From Candidatus Magasanikiibacteriota bacterium (GTDB lineage Bacteria; Patescibacteriota; Patescibacteriia; Magasanikbacterales; GWA2-37-8), in the NCBI GenBank assembly GCA_023246725.1, contig JAHFHV010000002.1, forward strand, positions 1 to 52,359: a stretch of DNA of 52,359 nt. Reading direction: 5' to 3'. Below are positions 47,833-52,359 of this stretch, one piece after another. The notes under the pieces are model-generated. The model was given only the letters and a program-made list of their open reading frames with translations, made no database searches and was not told the origin of the DNA. Made by a program: the position numbers and the translations under genes. Positions within the stretch are counted from its first letter, which is position 1. Every line of letters begins with the position of its first letter.

Positions 47833-48267
47833 TTATTTTTCGGACAGTTTTAGAGCGCGAGCGCGCGCCCGAGCAATTTCTGCGGGGCCATCATCATCAA
47901 CTGTTGCATAATCCGGATTAACAGCAAACTCGGCAGGAAATTGTATTCCCTTTTTTTGTAAAAATTCATCAATTAATTTTTCAAATTCCTCCATGCGTTT
48001 CCTATCTTCATTGGTAACTTCTGAATTAAGCGGAGGCTGAAGCTTGCCGGCTTCGGAAATTCGCAAGCCTGTAATTTCTTTGCAGGCCTGTTCAATAAGC
48101 TTGCCGAGCGGCCCGTATTTATCCGAAGTAAGCTCGCCAGCTTCTGGCGTGGAAGGAACAGGTTCTAAATGACGTGGGACCCGCGCTTCATGAGGCCTGC
48201 TAACTTCAGGCGGAGCGGGCGGATGCCAACCAGCGTGCTCTGCGTCAGTTGCTCGTTCGGCTGTCAT
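47833..48267 (-). CDS. hypothetical protein
   Basis: I trimmed the start to the ATG at 48267 (MTAERATD..), because the longer ORF-track version overlaps the glyQS 3' end. It has a Pro-rich N-terminal half and a helical acidic C-terminal half. Confidence 0.5.
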   Translation of the reverse strand: MTAERATDAEHAGWHPPAPPEVSRPHEARVPRHLEPVPSTPEAGELTSDKYGPLGKLIEQACKEITGLRISEAGKLQPPLNSEVTNEDRKRMEEFEKLIDEFLQKKGIQFPAEFAVNPDYATVDDDGPAEIARARARALKLSEK

Positions 48268-48271
48268 ATAC

Positions 48272-49690
48272 TTATTGCTTAAACTTTTCTTGTAGAAACT
48301 CCCCCACGTTGGCAATCGCCACTCGTTCCTGCGCCATGGTATCGCGGTCGCGCACCGTTGCTTTTTTATCTTGGAGCGTATCAAAATCCACGGTAACGCA
48401 GTACGGCGTGCCAATTTCATCCTGTCGGCGGTAGCGCTTGCCAATGCTTTGCGTTTCGTCATACTCCACCGAAAAATGCTGGCGCAGTTCCGCCGCGAGC
48501 GGCTGTGAAATTTTAGACAGCTCTTCTTTTTTGGATAACGGCAACACCGCTACCTGAATTGGCGCCAGATGTTTGGGAAATTTCATTACCACTCTGGTTT
48601 CTGTTTCTCCGTCTTGAGAGGTTGGCGCCGCCTCTTCGTGGTACGCTTCCAAAAGACAGACGAGGAGCATGCGATCAATGCCAAACGCTGGCTCAATTAC
48701 ATGCGGTAAAAATTTCTCGTTCGTTTCCGGGTCGGTATACTGTAAATCCTGGCCGCTCACCTCTTGATGCCGCTCTAAATCAAAATCCGTCCGGTAGGCA
48801 ATACCGTGGAGCTCCTTAACGCCAAACGGATATTTGTATTCAATGTCCACGGTGCGTTTGCTATAGTGGGCGCGCTCACCGTCCGGAATTTCATGCCATA
48901 CTAAATTCTCCATGTTCACTTGCATCACATCTTTCCACCAGCGTTTTATTTCACTAAGCCACATCTCAAAAATATCTTGCCATGGCTCATTTTGATTTTT
49001 TGCTTTATTGTTTTCTTGTTTTTTTGGATCAAAAAAATACTCAAACTCGCCAATTTCAAATTCACGCGTCCTAAAAATAAAATTACCCGGCGTAATTTCA
49101 TTCCGGAAATTTTTACCAATTTGCGCGATACCAAACGGCAAACGCCGTCGCGTAACTTGCTGGATATTCTTAAAGTTAACAAACATGCCGCCGGCAGTTT
49201 CTGGCCTAAGGTACGCGACAGTGGACGAATCTTCGGTGGTGCCTAAAAACGTTTTAAACATCATATTAAACCGCCTGGGCTCGGTTAATCCCCCGCCACA
49301 ATCCGGGCACATTACATCGGCCAAGGACCGCACCGGCTCGCGTTCGCCTCTTGGTTCCAGCCCATCGGCTTCCAGCAAATGATCAGCGCGAAAACGATGG
49401 TGACATTTCTTGCATTCTACGAGTTCATCGCTAAAATTTTGCAGATGGCCAGAAGCTTCCCATGCCTTGGGATTCATAATGATGGCGCTGTCGAGCGACA
49501 CCATGTCGGCGCGTTCTTGCACAAAAAATTTCCACCACGCTTTTTTAATATTTTGTTTTAAGAGGTGGCCAAGCGGCCCGTAGTCCCAACTATTGGCCAG
49601 CCCGCCGTAAATTTCACTGCCCGGAAACACAAACCCCCGCCGTTTGCATAACGAAATTATTTTATCCATTTTTTCGCTATTATTTGACAT
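48272..49690 (-). CDS. glyQS: glycine--tRNA ligase (dimeric class II GlyQS type)
   Basis: The N terminus ..LCKRRGFVFPGSEIYGGLANSWDYGPLG.. and the motifs ..YLRPETAGGMF.., ..FGIAQIGKNFRNEI.. and ..EPAFGIDR.. are present, with a C-terminal anticodon-binding domain. Confidence 0.9.
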   Translation of the reverse strand: MSNNSEKMDKIISLCKRRGFVFPGSEIYGGLANSWDYGPLGHLLKQNIKKAWWKFFVQERADMVSLDSAIIMNPKAWEASGHLQNFSDELVECKKCHHRFRADHLLEADGLEPRGEREPVRSLADVMCPDCGGGLTEPRRFNMMFKTFLGTTEDSSTVAYLRPETAGGMFVNFKNIQQVTRRRLPFGIAQIGKNFRNEITPGNFIFRTREFEIGEFEYFFDPKKQENNKAKNQNEPWQDIFEMWLSEIKRWWKDVMQVNMENLVWHEIPDGERAHYSKRTVDIEYKYPFGVKELHGIAYRTDFDLERHQEVSGQDLQYTDPETNEKFLPHVIEPAFGIDRMLLVCLLEAYHEEAAPTSQDGETETRVVMKFPKHLAPIQVAVLPLSKKEELSKISQPLAAELRQHFSVEYDETQSIGKRYRRQDEIGTPYCVTVDFDTLQDKKATVRDRDTMAQERVAIANVGEFLQEKFKQ

Positions 49691-49702
49691 ATTCTAATTC
49701 TA

Positions 49703-50167
49703 TTAACTTCTGAATTTTGCCACTCCTTCCCGTATCGTTTTTTCAGCATTAATGATCCCTGCTTCTTTGGCAATATCTTTCTCGCTTAGCTGTCCCTCAA
49801 ATGCTGCCAAAATTTCGTCTATTTCTTTTCTCATTCTGTCATCAGTATCGTCTTTTTTATCCTCGTCTTCAGCATAGCTTTCCAACCCTTTGCGCATTCG
49901 TATAAGATACAGCGCACAAAGACGCTCTAACGTTTTAACATTTTGCCCCTCTTCCTCTTCTTCTAACCATTCCAAAAGATCTATAATAACTTCCTTTTGT
50001 CCATCTCTTGTTCCTGGTAACAAGGCTGTAATTTGTTCTTCCCCTTCTATTTTCCCAGCGCTAGATAGCTCTAAATCAGAAATCAAAGTTAACATATCCA
50101 ATAACTTCGCATACTGCTGGTCAGGTAACGCTTCTATGTCTTGGACTAATTTTACTAAATCTGTCAT
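49703..50167 (-). CDS. hypothetical acidic helical protein
   Basis: A 154-aa ORF, strongly acidic (EEEEE and DED runs), with no recognisable motif. Confidence 0.45.
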   Translation of the reverse strand: MTDLVKLVQDIEALPDQQYAKLLDMLTLISDLELSSAGKIEGEEQITALLPGTRDGQKEVIIDLLEWLEEEEEGQNVKTLERLCALYLIRMRKGLESYAEDEDKKDDTDDRMRKEIDEILAAFEGQLSEKDIAKEAGIINAEKTIREGVAKFRS

Positions 50168-50190
50168 ATTTTTTTAATTTTCCTACAACA

Positions 50191-50607
50191 TTACAAGGTT
50201 GACTTCTCTAATTGAACCGTATGATATTTACAATCAATCGTGGCCTTATAACTAAACTTGGTCAATAGACCAATTCCAGCCAAGAGGGAGCTGTCTGAAA
50301 TGAACACTTCGATATAATTTTTTACGCCCTCCATTCTATCTGTCCACAAAGATTTTGCCATCATCTCCGCAACATCAAAGCCGATTTTGACTACATAAAA
50401 AACTTTATCCGGATGTTTCTCCTTAGCTAAAACTAAGGCCTCAGCACTTGTTTGGCCCAAATAGACGTCTTTGCTATCAATATCAATAGCTAAAAATTTT
50501 CCACGCTCTTTCGGGTCGAACTGAATCTTAACTTGCTCATAAATTTTTGAGCCTTCGTCCGCAATTTTTTGAATATCAACTTTTTTAATAAGTTCGTCGT
50601 CTTGCAT
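50191..50607 (-). CDS. hypothetical protein (DUF5678-like N-terminal pattern)
   Basis: The stretch ..ERGKFLAIDIDSKDVYLGQTSAEALVLAKEKHPDKVFYVVKIG.. resembles DUF5678. The C-terminal ..LLAGIGLLTKFSYKATIDCKYHTVQLE.. resembles the tail of retropepsin-like folds. Both resemblances are weak. Confidence 0.4.
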   Translation of the reverse strand: MQDDELIKKVDIQKIADEGSKIYEQVKIQFDPKERGKFLAIDIDSKDVYLGQTSAEALVLAKEKHPDKVFYVVKIGFDVAEMMAKSLWTDRMEGVKNYIEVFISDSSLLAGIGLLTKFSYKATIDCKYHTVQLEKSTL

Positions 50608-50631
50608 ATTAATTATTTGTTATTAGTCATT

Positions 50632-51189
50632 TCACACGGTCGTTATCTCTTTTTCCTTATCTTCCCCAATTTTCTGAATTTCTTCGTTAAAACTTTTTAC
50701 CATTTTTTCTAAGTCTTCTTGTAAACGGAATTTTTCGTCTTCGCTAATACTTTTATCTTTTTCCTCACCGGCAATCAACCCCCGTACGTCTTCGCGTATT
50801 TTGCGCAAAGATATCCTCCCCTGCTCTAATTTTTGGTGCAGCACCTTGACCAGTTCAGCGCGCCGCTCGCTGGTGAGTTCCGGAAGCGCCAATCGAATCA
50901 AACGGCCATCGTTGACTGGGTTCATGCCAAGGCCAGAATCGCGAATGCCTTTTTCTACTGCCTGAAGCAAGCCCTTGTCCCACGGTTCCACGGTTATAGT
51001 TTTGGCGTCGGCCACCATAATAGTACCAACGGCCTTGAGCGGTTGGCGGCTGCCGTACGCCTCCACCGAAATATCTTCCACCAAGGCGGTAGAGGCGCGG
51101 CCGGTCCTAAGCTGGGCAACATCATTCTTAAAAAATGTAATGGCCCCCTCAAAATCTTTTTTAAATTGATTTATTTGCATAGAGTTCAT
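50632..51189 (-). CDS. frr: ribosome recycling factor
   Basis: A 185-aa product with ..LRTGRASTALVEDISVEAYG...ITVEPWDK...GLGMNPVNDG..IRLALPELTSERR... Confidence 0.9.
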   Translation of the reverse strand: MNSMQINQFKKDFEGAITFFKNDVAQLRTGRASTALVEDISVEAYGSRQPLKAVGTIMVADAKTITVEPWDKGLLQAVEKGIRDSGLGMNPVNDGRLIRLALPELTSERRAELVKVLHQKLEQGRISLRKIREDVRGLIAGEEKDKSISEDEKFRLQEDLEKMVKSFNEEIQKIGEDKEKEITTV

Positions 51190-51194
51190 CTTCT

Positions 51195-51278
51195 GTCATT
51201 CCGACCGAGGCTCGCGCCGAGCGGAGGAATCTGGCCGAGATTTGGTGAGCGAGATCTCTCGGCTGCGCTCGGAATGAC
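51195..51278. repeat. Family 1 palindromic element, single full unit
   Basis: The unit reads GTCATTCCGA-ccgaggctcgcgccgagc-GGAGGAATCT...GAGATCTCTC-ggctgcgc-TCGGAATGAC. It starts 6 nt upstream of the frr ATG. Confidence 0.85.
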
Positions 51279-51291
51279 AAACGGTCCCATG

Positions 51292-52359
51292 TTACGGAGA
51301 GTCCGTAAATCCTAAAAACAAAACATTATTCTTGTCGGGATGAATCCGGAGAGCGACCGGAATAGCGTTGGTGGGGAGCTTTTTGGTTATCCAATTTTTA
51401 CCCCCATCAACGGATTTATACAGCGTGGATCGGCCCGAGGGCGGCGGAGTACTGCCCGACAAGGCAGATTTTACTTCATCTGGCTTGTTTAAAATGGTGC
51501 CCACATAGTAGAGCGCCTTATCATTTTTGGGGTCAATCGCGAACGCGTAAATATTTACCGCGCCGGGCGGCGTAATTAATTTATAATCACTCCAGGTTCG
51601 CCCCGCGTCAGTGGAGCGTAAAATGCCGTATTTGGAAATCCAAAACAATCCATCGCGCTTAGTGGGATGGAGAATGAGCCGATAAAAATCTTCACTGCCG
51701 CTATACGACGCCAAACCATCAGAGAGATTGTCAAAACTTACGCCGCCATTATCACTCCTAAACAAACCTTTTTTGGGAGACGCTATATAGAGACGGCCGG
51801 CCGCGAGCGGGTCCGACACCATTACCTGCACGGTAAAACCAAATCGCTGAATCACTTGCCAACTCTCGCCCCCATCTTTACTGGATAAAATATCGCCGTT
51901 AAGAAGCGCCGCGTACACCAAGGGGGATTTGGCGAAGTCCACGGCCAAGGCCACCACGCGCTGGCCGGGACGCTCTTCGGTATACATTAATTCCCAGGTG
52001 CGCAAACAGTCTTTGGTTTTATAAACATGCGCCCCGTCGCTCACGTACACCAAGCATTTATTCTGCGGGTCAATGGTAAGGGCGTAAATAAATTTACCGC
52101 TTAACGGCAGCACCCTCTGCCAGCTGTCGCCGCTGTCGTACGTTACAAACAACCCTTCGCCGCGCGCCGCCAGGTACATCGTGTCCGCATCGGTCGGGTC
52201 GGGGAAAATTTTATACACGCTTACCCCGGCCATACTCTTTACGCCGCCAGAGGTTAACACGTTATCAATGGGCGCCCACGTTTCGGCGCGGTCGCTGGAG
52301 CGGTACATGCCCCTTGGCCCCACTTGCGGCGCGGCCGGACCAAACACAATGCAACCCGC
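51292..52359 (-). CDS. BNR/Asp-box repeat beta-propeller protein (Ycf48/sortilin-like), N terminus outside window
   Basis: It has repeated SxDxGxTW-type Asp boxes: SSDRAETW, SGDSWQRV, SKDGGESWQ, STDAGRTWS and SVDGGKNW. The frame stays open to the window edge beyond the ORF-track GTG at 52347. Confidence 0.7.
   Translation of the reverse strand, partial: AGCIVFGPAAPQVGPRGMYRSSDRAETWAPIDNVLTSGGVKSMAGVSVYKIFPDPTDADTMYLAARGEGLFVTYDSGDSWQRVLPLSGKFIYALTIDPQNKCLVYVSDGAHVYKTKDCLRTWELMYTEERPGQRVVALAVDFAKSPLVYAALLNGDILSSKDGGESWQVIQRFGFTVQVMVSDPLAAGRLYIASPKKGLFRSDNGGVSFDNLSDGLASYSGSEDFYRLILHPTKRDGLFWISKYGILRSTDAGRTWSDYKLITPPGAVNIYAFAIDPKNDKALYYVGTILNKPDEVKSALSGSTPPPSGRSTLYKSVDGGKNWITKKLPTNAIPVALRIHPDKNNVLFLGFTDSP

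Noticed and set aside
290-51278. Possibility that the repeated GTCATTCCGA-type elements form a CRISPR array
   Set aside because: The copies are dispersed over 51 kb, are themselves long palindromes with variable interiors, are not regularly spaced around unique spacers, and no cas genes are present.

Overview
This is a 52.4-kb chromosomal segment with almost all genes on the minus strand. The gene content looks like a small-genome Patescibacteria/CPR-type bacterium, but that is inference only because no database search was possible. Recognisable core genes are dus (3' fragment), secD, secF, secA, lepB, kup, tpiA, an M16 peptidase, glyQS, frr, rpmG and a DEAD-box helicase. There are four tRNAs: Trp-CCA, Thr-GGU, Thr-UGU and Tyr-GUA. 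Three envelope blocks stand out. The first is a five-gene operon of paralogous secreted and C-terminally anchored beta-rich proteins (6.5-11.1 kb). The second is a three-gene operon of fibre-like and GW(I/L)NF-repeat secreted proteins (13.6-18.3 kb). The third is a type IV pilus block (pilB, pilC, four pseudopilins, two tandem pilins) flanked by a histidine kinase and receiver-only regulators. An accessory stretch at 33-42.5 kb holds a Bro-N/DinD-like gene, MntA/HepT, a second HEPN/NTase pair, a cytidine-deaminase-like gene, a G+C-rich foreign-looking cassette, a DipZ-like oxidoreductase and an A+T-rich NYN/KTSC island next to tRNA-Trp. HicBA and VapBC modules lie elsewhere. The most unusual signals are: (1) two families of palindromic or hairpin repeat elements scattered through the window, several read through in frame inside genes (two in secA, one in the DipZ-like gene, one in a prepilin leader, and one supplying the dus stop codon); (2) SecD carrying parvulin PPIase modules; (3) PilC with a C-terminal SH3b-like domain; (4) two G+C-rich promoter-to-terminator cassettes; (5) a structured-RNA candidate upstream of the tRNA-Thr pair; (6) a recurrent TG(G/C)TATACT extended -10 motif with several apparently leaderless genes. 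All protein calls rest on motif recognition by eye.
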